Shown here in pieces: positions 1 through 9,236 of a stretch of DNA of 64,000 bases. The stretch comes from a virus (lineage: Duplodnaviria > Caudoviricetes). Where the stretch lies: positions 2,337-66,336 of IMG/VR virus record IMGVR_UViG_3300031908_000002; one strand, 5' to 3'. The notes below the pieces were generated by a model, which was not told the DNA's origin, ran no database searches, and saw only the letters and a program-made list of their open reading frames with translations. Position 1 is the first letter of the stretch, and every line of letters starts with the position of its first letter. The translations under genes and the position numbers were made by a program.

Positions 1-2
1 AG

Positions 3-200
3 GAACTGTGGGAGGTGTACCGCACCACCGCGATTCCTGCCGGTGCGCCACTGATTCAGACGGTTGAAACCCAGCGGGCGATCTTCTGGACCATCGCCGC
101 GATGGCACAAGTTCTCAGTATTCGACCGGATGCTCTGTACACAATGGTGGAAGAAGTGAGAGAATACGGCCTCGCACAACTACAGAAGGGACTGAGGTAA
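3..200 (+). CDS. C-terminal part of hypothetical protein (gene begins left of window)
   Basis: Frame open from position 3 (ELWEVYRTT...); stop TAA overlaps ATG of next gene at 200. Confidence 0.6.
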   Translation, partial: ELWEVYRTTAIPAGAPLIQTVETQRAIFWTIAAMAQVLSIRPDALYTMVEEVREYGLAQLQKGLR

Positions 201-778
201 TGGGAGACCGCATGGCTAAGGGAGTTTGGTTTGGAAACGGATTCATCGCGGGGGCGTTGATGATGTTGGCGGGGGCTTCGTTCTGTTGGTACTCGCCACT
301 GGCCCACTCCAGCGACAAGGTGGTTTTGTCGGCGGAGAAGGTCGAGGCGTTGGCGGATTCGACAGCCCCTGTGGTCTACACCACCCCGCCTGAAAAGGGT
401 AACTACCTGATCAACCCGAGGGACGTCCTGTCGGTGTACGACGGCGACACGTTTTTCATCCGCCTGCCGGAGTGCGCGGACAAGCTGCCGTTCCTCTGCG
501 CGAAGATGGGGGTGCGGATCATGGGGATGGACACCCCGGAACGCAAAGGACTTTGCGAATCGGAGAAGAAACAGGCGGCGCTGGCGCAGATTCAGCTTGA
601 GGTCATGCTGCGCTCTGCAAGGCGCATCGAGCTGGTGAACGTGAAAACGGAGAAGTACGGGCGTCTGCTGGGCGGTCTGATGATCGACGGGCAGGACGTG
701 GTGGAAGACATGGTGCTGTCAGGGATGGCCCGACCGTATAACGGCGGGGCTCGAAAGGGTTGGTGTACCGTGCTGTAA
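200..778 (+). CDS. Thermonuclease / SNase-like nuclease with N-terminal hydrophobic segment
   Basis: Motifs VYDGDTF, RIMGMDTPE, KYGRLL, GMARPYNGG typical of staphylococcal-nuclease fold. Confidence 0.88.
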   Translation: MGDRMAKGVWFGNGFIAGALMMLAGASFCWYSPLAHSSDKVVLSAEKVEALADSTAPVVYTTPPEKGNYLINPRDVLSVYDGDTFFIRLPECADKLPFLCAKMGVRIMGMDTPERKGLCESEKKQAALAQIQLEVMLRSARRIELVNVKTEKYGRLLGGLMIDGQDVVEDMVLSGMARPYNGGARKGWCTVL

Positions 779-810
779 AAGAAAGGCCACCCGAGGGTGG
801 CCTTTTTGTT
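777..810. terminator. Bidirectional intrinsic terminator between convergent genes
   Basis: AAAGGCCACC-CGAG-GGTGGCCTTT (782-805) flanked by A and T runs, between the stops of 200..778 and 809..3742. Confidence 0.85.
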
Positions 811-3742
811 AGGCGTTCAAATATGGCGCGGTCGGTGGGAGGAAAGCGCCGCCGTAGCGCGCCACACTCTTGGTGACCCGCACCTCGTCGATGTAGCCGA
901 TGATCCCCGCAGGCCCAGCGCTGTTGCCTCCGCCGATCTGCAACTTGCCTGTGGAGTTCTTGAACGTGACGCTGGAAGGGGTGGCGGTCGCATGCACCAC
1001 GCCGTTGATGTAGACCCGGAACACGGTGCCAGAATCCCGTTCTACACACACGTGGTACTGGGTGTTAATGGTCGGCGTCCACGCAGCCGACACGTTCGCG
1101 CTGTTGGTACCGTCCGTGGAGTACCACAGCCCGAAGTTGCCGTTCACGAACCCCATGAACCACGACTGTTGGCCACTCGATTCCCACTGCGCGACGATGG
1201 CCTGGGTGTCGGAGCCGCCGGGGAGTGTGGTGAAGTAGACATAGGCCTCAACCGTGAAAAACCCGCTGGCGAAGTCCCAATCCGCATGGTCTGCCAGAGT
1301 CCAGCCGTTGGCGGTGCTGAACTCGGACACCGCAGAGGCCGTGCCGTACTTCTTCACCGCCGTAGAGATTTGACCTGTGCCCTGCGCCGTAATCGTCTTC
1401 GGCGTGCCGGAGTTGTCGGTCGCGGTGGTCTGCCCGTTGGTGCCGTCGAAATGCACCAACAGCTTCACGCTGGAGTAGTAAGGGTCGTTGAGCGTCCAGC
1501 CCTTGGCGGTTGCGATGTCCGTGGTGCTGGATGCGAAGCCCCAGTTGGCGTTGATCGTCAACGTCTTGGCCGAGACGCTTGGCAGGTTGGTGTAAATCTC
1601 GTTCAACTCCGTAGGCCCCAGCATCTGCTGGGTGAAGTTGATGTTGACCTTGATGTTGGTCATAAGCACGCGGGAGATGCTGTAGCCCGGTGTCAGGAAC
1701 GAAGCGAAGTCGGTCACCAGCGTGCAGTTCCAGGCTGGAATTGTGTTCAGCGACAGGCAGCCGTTGAGCATGCTGTTCATGGTGGTGACTTTGGCGGTGT
1801 CAAAGGCCGGCAGGGTTCGCAGGCTACGGCAACCGGTGAACATGCTGGCCATGTTGGTGACGTTGGTCGTGACGAACAGCGGCACCGTTTCGAGCGAGTA
1901 GCACGAGTCGAACATGCTGTCCGTGCGCGTACAGTTCTGGATGTTGAACAGCGGAACGGTTGTTAGGGCCGAGCACCCTGAGAACATGTTTAGGGTGATC
2001 GTCACCGCCGTACCCGTGACGATCTCGACGTACTGCAAGGACTTGCACGCGATGAAGGTGTTCTGAAGGGATGTAGCCGCCGTGAGCGTACCCATCTTGG
2101 CCGACTTCAACGCATAGCAGTTACTGAACATGGCGAAGAAGTTCGTGACGAGCGGCGAGCTGGTCATCTCGAAGGTTTGCAGGTTAAAGCAGTTGAAGAA
2201 CATCGAATCCATGGACAGGCACACGGGCGCAGAAATTACCTGCACCGACGCCAAGGACCAGCAAGAGTTAAACATGCTGCCCATCTGCGTGACCAAGTGA
2301 GTGTCCAAGGTCGGAACGCTGATCAGACTCGTACAGCCGTTGAACATGAAGTCCATGCGCGTGCATTTGGACGTGTCATACGCAGGAATCCCCATCAGGG
2401 CAGGGCAACTGTCGAACATGCTGATCATCTGGGTGACGTTGCCAGTGTTCAACGTTGGCCCCCATTGCAGGGAGGAGCAAGTGACGAACATGCTGTTCAT
2501 GTTCGTCACGCCGGAGGTGGTCGTGATGGTCACGTCCGTCAGCGACCGGCACGTGTCAAACGTCCGGTTCATGTTGAGCAGCGCCGACGTGGTGCCCAGC
2601 AGCTCGACCCTTTGCAGGGCGTAGCAGGTGTAGAACATCTGGGTCATGTCCGTCACTGCCGTGCAGGGCGTCAACGTCGCAGTGATCAGGTTGTGACAGA
2701 GGTAGAACATCTGGGTCATGTTCGTCACTTTCACAACGTTGAACGCCGGGATCGAGATCAGCCCACGGCAGCCGTTGAACATGCTGGACATGTTCGTGAC
2801 GTTGGCGGTGTTGAACAGCGGTACCGTTTGCAGCGCCGGGCAGTTGTTGAACATTTGGGACATGTTCGTGACGCTTTGCGTGTCAAACAGGTCCACCGTG
2901 CGCAGGGATGTGCAGTCCGAGAACATGGTGTTGCAGTCGGTGAGGGATGCCAACGTACCCGTAATGCTGGCGCTGATCAGCGAGGTACAGCCGTTGAACA
3001 TGCTGGCCATGCTGGTGGTCCCGGTGGCCGCTGTGATCTCCGCCACCCTCAGCCCATACACGTTAATGAACATGAAACTGAGGTTGGTCACCGCCGTACA
3101 GTTCAGCTTGACCTTGCGCAGCGCCCACATACGAGCGCTGGAGCCAGAGTTGCCCGGATAGACGTTGGAGCCCAGCATGAGCGACGTCAGGGTGGTCGAG
3201 GCGATGTGCAAGTCCAGCCACTGCATGCTGTGCTGGGTCAGCCCTTGGTGCTCGTTCGGCTGCACGTTCAGGTTGATGTTGGTCAGGGTCTGCCCCGACT
3301 GCGGATAGACCTGAATGATGACCTGCCGGAAGCCCTCGCTGGTCAGCGTGCCGGAGCTGATCGTCGACCAGACGTAGTTGTGCTGCGCCGTCACGTTGGT
3401 GGCGTAGTCCGTTACGGTGCCATCACCCCAGTCCACGGTGTAGGCGCCGGTACACTTGATCGCCACAACGTTGGTTTGCTGGTCGTACACGCCGAACAGG
3501 CCCACCAAGCGGGTGTCGCCCGCCGTGATGGATGGCAGCGACAGCCAGTCGCCGGGGCGGGTCCACGACGGTTCCGTGTAGTTGGCCGGCTGCGACGGGC
3601 GCGGGTAGTACGCGATGGACGCGATCTTGGCGGCGTAGGTGTTGTAGGCCGCACTGCCCACGGTTACGCCCTTGCCTTCGATAGCGGCCTTGATCGCCAG
3701 TTTGATGTCGTTCAAGGCCGTCAGTTGCGTTGCGATGGTCAT
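809..3742 (-). CDS. Tail fibre/receptor-binding protein with about 20 BspA/DUF285-like 24-aa repeats and C-terminal ConA-like (LamG) lectin domain
   Basis: Repeats of type T.VTNM..MF..C.SL..VP.F; C-terminus VKLLVHFDGTNG...FTVEAYVY...YIDEVRVTKSVARY. Confidence 0.75.
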   Translation of the reverse strand: MTIATQLTALNDIKLAIKAAIEGKGVTVGSAAYNTYAAKIASIAYYPRPSQPANYTEPSWTRPGDWLSLPSITAGDTRLVGLFGVYDQQTNVVAIKCTGAYTVDWGDGTVTDYATNVTAQHNYVWSTISSGTLTSEGFRQVIIQVYPQSGQTLTNINLNVQPNEHQGLTQHSMQWLDLHIASTTLTSLMLGSNVYPGNSGSSARMWALRKVKLNCTAVTNLSFMFINVYGLRVAEITAATGTTSMASMFNGCTSLISASITGTLASLTDCNTMFSDCTSLRTVDLFDTQSVTNMSQMFNNCPALQTVPLFNTANVTNMSSMFNGCRGLISIPAFNVVKVTNMTQMFYLCHNLITATLTPCTAVTDMTQMFYTCYALQRVELLGTTSALLNMNRTFDTCRSLTDVTITTTSGVTNMNSMFVTCSSLQWGPTLNTGNVTQMISMFDSCPALMGIPAYDTSKCTRMDFMFNGCTSLISVPTLDTHLVTQMGSMFNSCWSLASVQVISAPVCLSMDSMFFNCFNLQTFEMTSSPLVTNFFAMFSNCYALKSAKMGTLTAATSLQNTFIACKSLQYVEIVTGTAVTITLNMFSGCSALTTVPLFNIQNCTRTDSMFDSCYSLETVPLFVTTNVTNMASMFTGCRSLRTLPAFDTAKVTTMNSMLNGCLSLNTIPAWNCTLVTDFASFLTPGYSISRVLMTNIKVNINFTQQMLGPTELNEIYTNLPSVSAKTLTINANWGFASSTTDIATAKGWTLNDPYYSSVKLLVHFDGTNGQTTATDNSGTPKTITAQGTGQISTAVKKYGTASAVSEFSTANGWTLADHADWDFASGFFTVEAYVYFTTLPGGSDTQAIVAQWESSGQQSWFMGFVNGNFGLWYSTDGTNSANVSAAWTPTINTQYHVCVERDSGTVFRVYINGVVHATATPSSVTFKNSTGKLQIGGGNSAGPAGIIGYIDEVRVTKSVARYGGAFLPPTAPYLNA

Positions 3743-3748
3743 GCTCGA

Positions 3749-5545
3749 TTACCCCAAGATGGCTGTGAGAGCGGAGGCGATGTAGCCCAAGGCGCTGTCC
3801 AAGTCGGCCTGGACCAATGTCGAGGCGTTCAACGTGCCGCCCACCCAGATGCTGCCCCAGTGGTTGGTCGCATCGGACGGCACGTAAGACGGAGTGCCCG
3901 GAGTGCTTGGCGCCGCGCCAGAGGCTTGGGTGAAATAGACCATGGACGAGGGGCTGTGCGCCGCGCTGAAGTTCGCTACGCCCAGCACGAAGCCCGCCCA
4001 AATCACCGTGCCGGCGGTCAGGGTCAGGGCGGTGGACAGCATCACGGTGTTGAGGCCCTTGGTAATGCCCGTGACCTGTGGACCCAGCGCCAAGCGGGTG
4101 GAGATCTCGCCTTGGTTGTCGGAATAGATCGCCGGGTTGACCACGGAAGACCCGGAGGCTGCCGTGGCCCAGAAATGAATCCGGTCAACCACACAATCCT
4201 GCTGGATCAGGATCGAGCGCCCGCCGAAATACCCGTTGGCGAAGGTGGCTGAGGAAGCCGGGGCGAAGTCCGGCACGCCGAACTGCTTGCCCGCGATGAC
4301 GGTGGTGGCGGTGGCCCAGGCCTCGGCGCCGGACACCATCGTCAGAATCTGCCCATCGGTGCCTTTGGCCAACCGGGTCGCCGCGCCGCCCGAACCACCA
4401 ACGATCAAGTCGCCTGCGGTGGTCATTGGGTTGGTGAAGCCGCCCGAAGGTGCTGCCCACGCCTCTGCACCGGACACCATGGTCAGCACTTGGCCGTCAG
4501 TACCCTTGGCGAGACGGGTAGCCGCGCCCGACGCGCCGCCGACGATCAAGTCACCAGCGGTGGTCATCGGGTTGGTGACCTTGGCGTTCAACGCGGTTTG
4601 CAAATCCGTTTGATCGGAAAGGTCACCGGAAACGTGCCCCCAAAGGGCTTTTTCGTTTGCGTCTTGAAACCATAGATACAAGACGGCGTTGTCGGAAGGG
4701 TTACCCATAAGGGACGAGAATTGTACGTCGGTGCTCGGGGTTACCCAGCTCGGCAGGCCTTCTGTGAGTACGAGGGACTGGCCATCGGTGCCCTTCGGCA
4801 GGCGAGTAGCTGCGCCAGCGGTGCCGCCATAGATCAGGTCGCCCGAGGCGGTCATCACGTTGGTGAAGCTGGTCCCGTCAGCACCATCAGCACCATCAGC
4901 ACCGGCAGGGCCGTCCGCACCGGCAGGGCCTGCGAGCAGGCTCAAGGCGATCAGGTTCGTCCAGCTCCCAGCGCCGACATAGCGCCACTGGATGTGTGTG
5001 CTGTTCACCTGCAACTCGACGGCCACGCCGTTGGTCCCGTTCGTACCGTTGGACCCAGCAGGGCCTACCAGCTCGCTCAGCAGCTTGAGGTTGATCCACG
5101 TGGAGTCGCCCACGTAGCGCCACTGAATCCACGTGCTGGTGACTTGGAACTCAACCTGCTTGCCATTGGTGCCGTTGGTCCCGGCAGGGCCGGTGAGGGT
5201 GGCCAAGGAGACGAGTGCCGTCCACGCGGTATCACCCACGAAGCGCCAATTCAGGTAACCCCCGCTGACGCCGAACTCGACTTCACGCCCGTCCACGCCA
5301 TCGGTGCCGTCCGTACCGTCTGCACCGTCTGCACCGGCAGGGCCGGTGATCTCGTCGAGGTCGACAACATCAGTCCACGTGGTATCGCCTTCCAGTTGGT
5401 GCTGGATTTTGTGGCCGTTCTTGCGCAGCTTGATCGGACGGCCATCGGCGCCGCGAATACCACCCGCCGCAATCGGAACGGTGGACGCATGCTTACCCGG
5501 CAGCACCAGCACCTTGCCCTTCGGGTTGAAGACGATTAAGGCCAT
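3749..5545 (-). CDS. Collagen-like tail fibre protein with internal repeats
   Basis: GxxGxx stretches; four E(F/L).V....(I/L).WR(Y/F)VG..W..L...L.GPAG units; three (N)(P/V)MT.(A/S)GDLI.GG..GAATRL.KGTDGQ units. Confidence 0.7.
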   Translation of the reverse strand: MALIVFNPKGKVLVLPGKHASTVPIAAGGIRGADGRPIKLRKNGHKIQHQLEGDTTWTDVVDLDEITGPAGADGADGTDGTDGVDGREVEFGVSGGYLNWRFVGDTAWTALVSLATLTGPAGTNGTNGKQVEFQVTSTWIQWRYVGDSTWINLKLLSELVGPAGSNGTNGTNGVAVELQVNSTHIQWRYVGAGSWTNLIALSLLAGPAGADGPAGADGADGADGTSFTNVMTASGDLIYGGTAGAATRLPKGTDGQSLVLTEGLPSWVTPSTDVQFSSLMGNPSDNAVLYLWFQDANEKALWGHVSGDLSDQTDLQTALNAKVTNPMTTAGDLIVGGASGAATRLAKGTDGQVLTMVSGAEAWAAPSGGFTNPMTTAGDLIVGGSGGAATRLAKGTDGQILTMVSGAEAWATATTVIAGKQFGVPDFAPASSATFANGYFGGRSILIQQDCVVDRIHFWATAASGSSVVNPAIYSDNQGEISTRLALGPQVTGITKGLNTVMLSTALTLTAGTVIWAGFVLGVANFSAAHSPSSMVYFTQASGAAPSTPGTPSYVPSDATNHWGSIWVGGTLNASTLVQADLDSALGYIASALTAILG

Positions 5546-6162
5546 ACGGTGTACTCCTTCTCGGCAGTGATTTTGCTCGGGCCGATGATGCTGACGACGG
5601 CGCCGTTGGGCAGAATCGCCTCGATGTCATAACCGGCCTTGGTCCAGGCCACGGCGGCGGTGGTGGCTGCGGAGAAGGTGACGTCAAACGCGCTGTTCGG
5701 CACGTCGAGGGTGATCACACCCACGGCACCATCGGTCACGTCGCTCGACGCACTGAGCAGCAGGGCGTTGCTGGTGAGGTCCCTGATCTGCATGCGCAGT
5801 TTCCAGCCGGTCATGTCGGACGGCTTCTGGTAAACCAGCACGGCGGGACCCACAAACGGCTTGGCGGCGGTCAGGTTGAGGTCGTTGAGCTCGATGGTGT
5901 GGGTGTCTACCCGCGTGCCGAGGCGCCAGTTCGGCGCCACCATGTTCAATTCGGTGGGCGCGACGGCGCTCTCGGTGCGAACCGGCCAGCGGGTCGGCAA
6001 ACCGTGGTCGGTCACGGTCAAACGGCAGGGAGCGAGGGTCGGAATGGCCGAAATCGGCTTGTAGATCAGCTCGTCCTCGGCATAGCTGAGCTGCAAGGAG
6101 AAGGTCTTGCCCTTGGCCATGGTCACGTCATGGGTCTGAGAAGTCACGTATATCACTCCCAT
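5536..6162 (-). CDS. Putative virion/fibre-attachment structural protein
   Basis: Beta-rich, DMTGWKLRMQIR...YDIEAI pattern seen in proteins preceding fibres; overlaps start of the downstream fibre gene. Confidence 0.5.
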   Translation of the reverse strand: MGVIYVTSQTHDVTMAKGKTFSLQLSYAEDELIYKPISAIPTLAPCRLTVTDHGLPTRWPVRTESAVAPTELNMVAPNWRLGTRVDTHTIELNDLNLTAAKPFVGPAVLVYQKPSDMTGWKLRMQIRDLTSNALLLSASSDVTDGAVGVITLDVPNSAFDVTFSAATTAAVAWTKAGYDIEAILPNGAVVSIIGPSKITAEKEYTVWP

Positions 6163-6287
6163 CTGGTCGATTTTCTGTGGAATTTACGGCGGTTTCGCCG
6201 CTGTTTCTCGCGGAAAACGACCTAAATGCCCCCGGTTTTGCCTCATTCTAGCCCGATTCTGGGTCGTTTTCGGGTCATTTCACCCGG

Positions 6288-6671
6288 TTATGGGTAGACC
6301 TTCCTGTCCAACTCAAAATGCGGGCCGTCTTTCAGCGATTTCCAGTCCCCGCCCCAGACAATCGGGGTGTTGAGCTCCTTGGCGGCGCGCTTCATCGCAT
6401 CGGCCAGTTTGGAGTAGAGGGGCCAGTCCCAGCGCACTTCGGTGCCGATATAGGCCACCAGATCGACCGCATGCCCGGTCAAATGCCGGGACTTCAGCGT
6501 CTGGCTGGCGCCCTTGGCCACCAGTTCGCGCTGGCGCTCGATGGTGCGCAGGCCCTCGGTGACGGCGAAGTCCACGGTGGTCAGGGTGATGGCCAACTTC
6601 ACCACTTGGATGAGGTCCGGGTGGACCCCGCGCATTTTCTCCAGACTGCGTGGACTCAGGTTGAACGTCAT
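6288..6671 (-). CDS. Endolysin, L-Ala-D-Glu peptidase (peptidase M15 family)
   Basis: GVHPDL, EGLRTIERQ, SRHLTGHAVD, WGGDW, DGPHFEL motifs. Confidence 0.9.
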   Translation of the reverse strand: MTFNLSPRSLEKMRGVHPDLIQVVKLAITLTTVDFAVTEGLRTIERQRELVAKGASQTLKSRHLTGHAVDLVAYIGTEVRWDWPLYSKLADAMKRAAKELNTPIVWGGDWKSLKDGPHFELDRKVYP

Positions 6672-6696
6672 TCGTCGATCCTCCGGTGGTTGAGGT

Positions 6697-6712
6697 TCCC
6701 TTACTTCTTGTT
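6697..6712. repeat. Isolated copy of the 16-mer TCCCTTACTTCTTGTT, in the endolysin upstream region
   Basis: Identical to array unit at 12657-12672. Confidence 0.85.
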
Positions 6713-6763
6713 AATTGGGTACACTGCCAACCCTTCACGGCGTGGATTTATCGGGGGTTGGAC

Positions 6764-7258
6764 ATGGCTTTGCCAATGAATATAGCAGGCGAGTGGTTCG
6801 GGCAGTTGGAGGCGATCAGCCGCGCCGACTCGCGGGGGCGACGGACTTTCTGGCTGTTCCGTTGCGCCTGTGGCGTGGAAAAGGAGATCGACCTGAGCAA
6901 CGTCAAAAGTGGGAGGGTGATCAGTTGTGGCTGCTACAAGCGCGGGATGGCTGCTGCGCTCCTGACCGGTAAGAGGCTCAAGCGCTGGGGCAAGGAACCG
7001 CCGGCTCCTGCCCCGGTCGCGGTTCCGGCTGTGCGGCTGGTGGCAGTTCCGGCGGCGGTGGCTTTCGTGGAGCCAGAACCGGCGGACTATGTACGCCCGC
7101 TGGAACTGGACTATGAGGACGATATGGTCTCGTTCGATGAGTTCGCGGAACGCTGGGGCGTTGACCCGCAGAGGCTGTTCGAGGTCATGCGCGACTACAA
7201 ACAGTACCGGCAAAAGCCCGACGCGGCGGCGCTGGTGATCATCAAAAAGCGGGTTTAG
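6764..7258 (+). CDS. Homing-endonuclease-like N-terminal Zn-ribbon protein, no visible HNH catalytic domain
   Basis: GEWFGQLEAI...WLFRCACG...VKSGRVISCGC; oriented opposite to neighbours; start ATG 6764 chosen. Confidence 0.55.
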   Translation: MALPMNIAGEWFGQLEAISRADSRGRRTFWLFRCACGVEKEIDLSNVKSGRVISCGCYKRGMAAALLTGKRLKRWGKEPPAPAPVAVPAVRLVAVPAAVAFVEPEPADYVRPLELDYEDDMVSFDEFAERWGVDPQRLFEVMRDYKQYRQKPDAAALVIIKKRV

Positions 7259-7647
7259 GCCCGCGCCCTGCGATTAAGGATCGGGTACCACGCGCCGTCC
7301 GGGCGCAGGGCGGCGATCCAGTGGTAGGGCAGGGACTCCCGGCGACACACCCACGCACAGCGACTGTCCATGGCCCAGCCCTGCCGCACGCACAACAGGT
7401 GCAACTGGTCATCCTCATGGCGGCAGAACACCAAGTCGCTGTCGAGACCGGCCAGGGTCTTGAGCAAGGCGCGGCAGGTGAGGGCGAATTGCTCGGCCTC
7501 CTTGTTGATCTCTCCCGGCGACCAGAACTCTTCATAGCCCTTGGGGTGGCGGGTCATCGCGGCGATTTGCCCGGTCTGGGCAAGGTCGAGGACTTCTTGC
7601 AGGCGGTCGATCAATTCAATCTGGGAGGTCGGGGCACGAACGGACAT
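7255..7647 (-). CDS. Hypothetical protein (130 aa)
   Basis: ATG at 7647 preceded by AAGGAG SD; palindrome copy immediately upstream. Confidence 0.7.
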   Translation of the reverse strand: MSVRAPTSQIELIDRLQEVLDLAQTGQIAAMTRHPKGYEEFWSPGEINKEAEQFALTCRALLKTLAGLDSDLVFCRHEDDQLHLLCVRQGWAMDSRCAWVCRRESLPYHWIAALRPDGAWYPILNRRARA

Positions 7648-7725
7648 GGCGGGGCTCCTTCGCAAAGGACTTTGCAAATTGAGTCTAGGCGCAGTTCGTG
7701 GGTAGTGGCAGGGGGCCAGATAACA

Positions 7726-7761
7726 AAAACCCCACGCCCGGATGGACGGGGGTGGGGTTTT
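7726..7761. terminator. Intrinsic terminator-like hairpin
   Basis: AAAACCCCAC-G-CCCG-GATGGA-CGGG-G-GTGGGGTTTT. Confidence 0.65.
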
Positions 7762-7934
7762 CGGGAGACCAGTCCGGCGAAAAACTGATCTCCAACGGAG
7801 CGCACACAGGCTTGGGGAGGGCCGGAATGCTAGGGGTCGCACAACTTTCACAACTAGGGGGTGAAGGGAGGGGCTCAATTCACGGTGTGCGTCGCACACC
7901 ACGAAACAGGGGAGCCCCACCCTTCAGGAGTCGA

Positions 7935-8114
7935 CTATAGGTCAGCCGGCGCAGGAAGGGAAGGGCTGTCGAGGGGGAAGTGATGTTCCTCATAGGCCAC
8001 CAGACGGTCGGCCAACGCCTGCACCTCCACGATGGCCTCCGGGTCGTTGCGTTGCAGCATACGCAGGATGTCGCGCATCCCGACGACGTACTCCGCTTCG
8101 GTCAGCAAGTTCAT
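7935..8114 (-). CDS. 59-aa protein resembling the N-terminal domain of HigA-type antitoxins (not in ORF track)
   Basis: MNLLTEAEYVVGMRDILRMLQRNDPEAIVEVQALADRLVAYEEHHFPLDSPSLPAPADL; ATGA overlap with stop of 8111..8503. Confidence 0.6.
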   Translation of the reverse strand: MNLLTEAEYVVGMRDILRMLQRNDPEAIVEVQALADRLVAYEEHHFPLDSPSLPAPADL

Positions 8115-8503
8115 CGCAGCACGTCCTCTTCGATGAACACTTCGTCCGGGTCAATCTGGTTGCCGATGTACTTCTCCGGGTCCTCGATGACCTTGGCCTT
8201 CAGCGCCTCGGCGTCCTCGCGGCTGCGGCAAATGCCGATGCTGATCGCCCCCTCATAGCACTCCTGATACATGACCACCCACAGGCGGGCCACGCACTTG
8301 ATCGGCGCGACGTAGTACCAGTGGCGGCAGTGCGGGTGGCCGGCATCGCTGGCCTGCTGCAAGGAGGTGCCATGGGCCTTGGCTTCGGCCTCGGTGTCGA
8401 ATACGCGGTGCAGGTCGGCTTGGGTGTAGCCACGGGTGTGCCACGACTGGTACAGGCCGTAGACGGTGATCGTAGGGAGGGGGGTGACGACGTAGGTGGT
8501 CAT
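8111..8503 (-). CDS. Hypothetical protein (130 aa)
   Basis: ORF with SD; translationally coupled to 7935..8114. Confidence 0.65.
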   Translation of the reverse strand: MTTYVVTPLPTITVYGLYQSWHTRGYTQADLHRVFDTEAEAKAHGTSLQQASDAGHPHCRHWYYVAPIKCVARLWVVMYQECYEGAISIGICRSREDAEALKAKVIEDPEKYIGNQIDPDEVFIEEDVLR

Positions 8504-8591
8504 TGCCGGAGTCCTAGTTGGGTACAGGGGAGTAGGCTACCGCCTATTCCCCTGCCAACTCCAGGCATTTCTTGTGACGGGTGTTGCGGGA

Positions 8592-9230
8592 CTATTCGTG
8601 GACGACGCTCAGGGACTCGTAGACGATCCAGCCGCCTTCGGTGTCCGGGCCTACGTTGTCGATGACGTAAGCGCCGGCCTTGAAGTAGAACGGCGTCGGC
8701 AGCCAGCTCGGATGCACCGGGCACTCGAATTTCTGGCCGTTGAGCCAGATGACCAGTGTGCCGCCTTGGGTGACTTGGATGCGGAAGGTCGCCCTCGGGG
8801 TCAGGGTGGTGATCGGCTGGCGGATCACGGCAGGGGAGCCGCTGTCCTCAGCATGGACCCGTACCTCGGCGCGCAGCTCGTTGCCCATTTGCAGCAACTT
8901 GACGAAGGGCGCGCTGGCGCCGAAAGCGTGGACTTGGGCGAAGATCACCTTCATCGAGCTCGGCACCCGGCGGATCACGGCCACCCCGGTCAGGCTACTG
9001 CTCTTGAAATCGGCAGGGCGCCAGTTGAACAGCTCGGCGGTGTCACGCTTGGTCTCGCGCAGCTCGGTGCGCGGGGAGGAGCTACTGCCGGAGGTGCCGC
9101 TGGTGACCGGGCACCAGAAGTTCCAGTAGCCGTCCGGGTCCTGCCAGTGCAGGTTGCAGGGCGGGGCGATGATCTCGCCCTGCTCGTAGTCGTCGCCAGC
9201 GGCGGTGATGCGGTTGAAGTAGGGCTGCAT
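8592..9230 (-). CDS. Polysaccharide lyase family 7 (alginate lyase-like)
   Basis: PRTELRE, AQVH (QIH-like) and YFKAGAY, the three conserved PL7 blocks. Confidence 0.85.
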   Translation of the reverse strand: MQPYFNRITAAGDDYEQGEIIAPPCNLHWQDPDGYWNFWCPVTSGTSGSSSSPRTELRETKRDTAELFNWRPADFKSSSLTGVAVIRRVPSSMKVIFAQVHAFGASAPFVKLLQMGNELRAEVRVHAEDSGSPAVIRQPITTLTPRATFRIQVTQGGTLVIWLNGQKFECPVHPSWLPTPFYFKAGAYVIDNVGPDTEGGWIVYESLSVVHE

Positions 9231-9236
9231 GGTCCT

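Noticed and set aside
797-4252. Long plus-strand ORFs 797..1966 and 2177..4252
   Set aside because: Antisense shadows of the minus-strand fibre genes; stop-poor frames are expected at high GC, with no SD and Arg/His/Gly-rich nonsense composition
809-5545. Fibre repeats as diversity-generating retroelement TR/VR
   Set aside because: No reverse transcriptase in window and no adenine-specific mismatch pair seen
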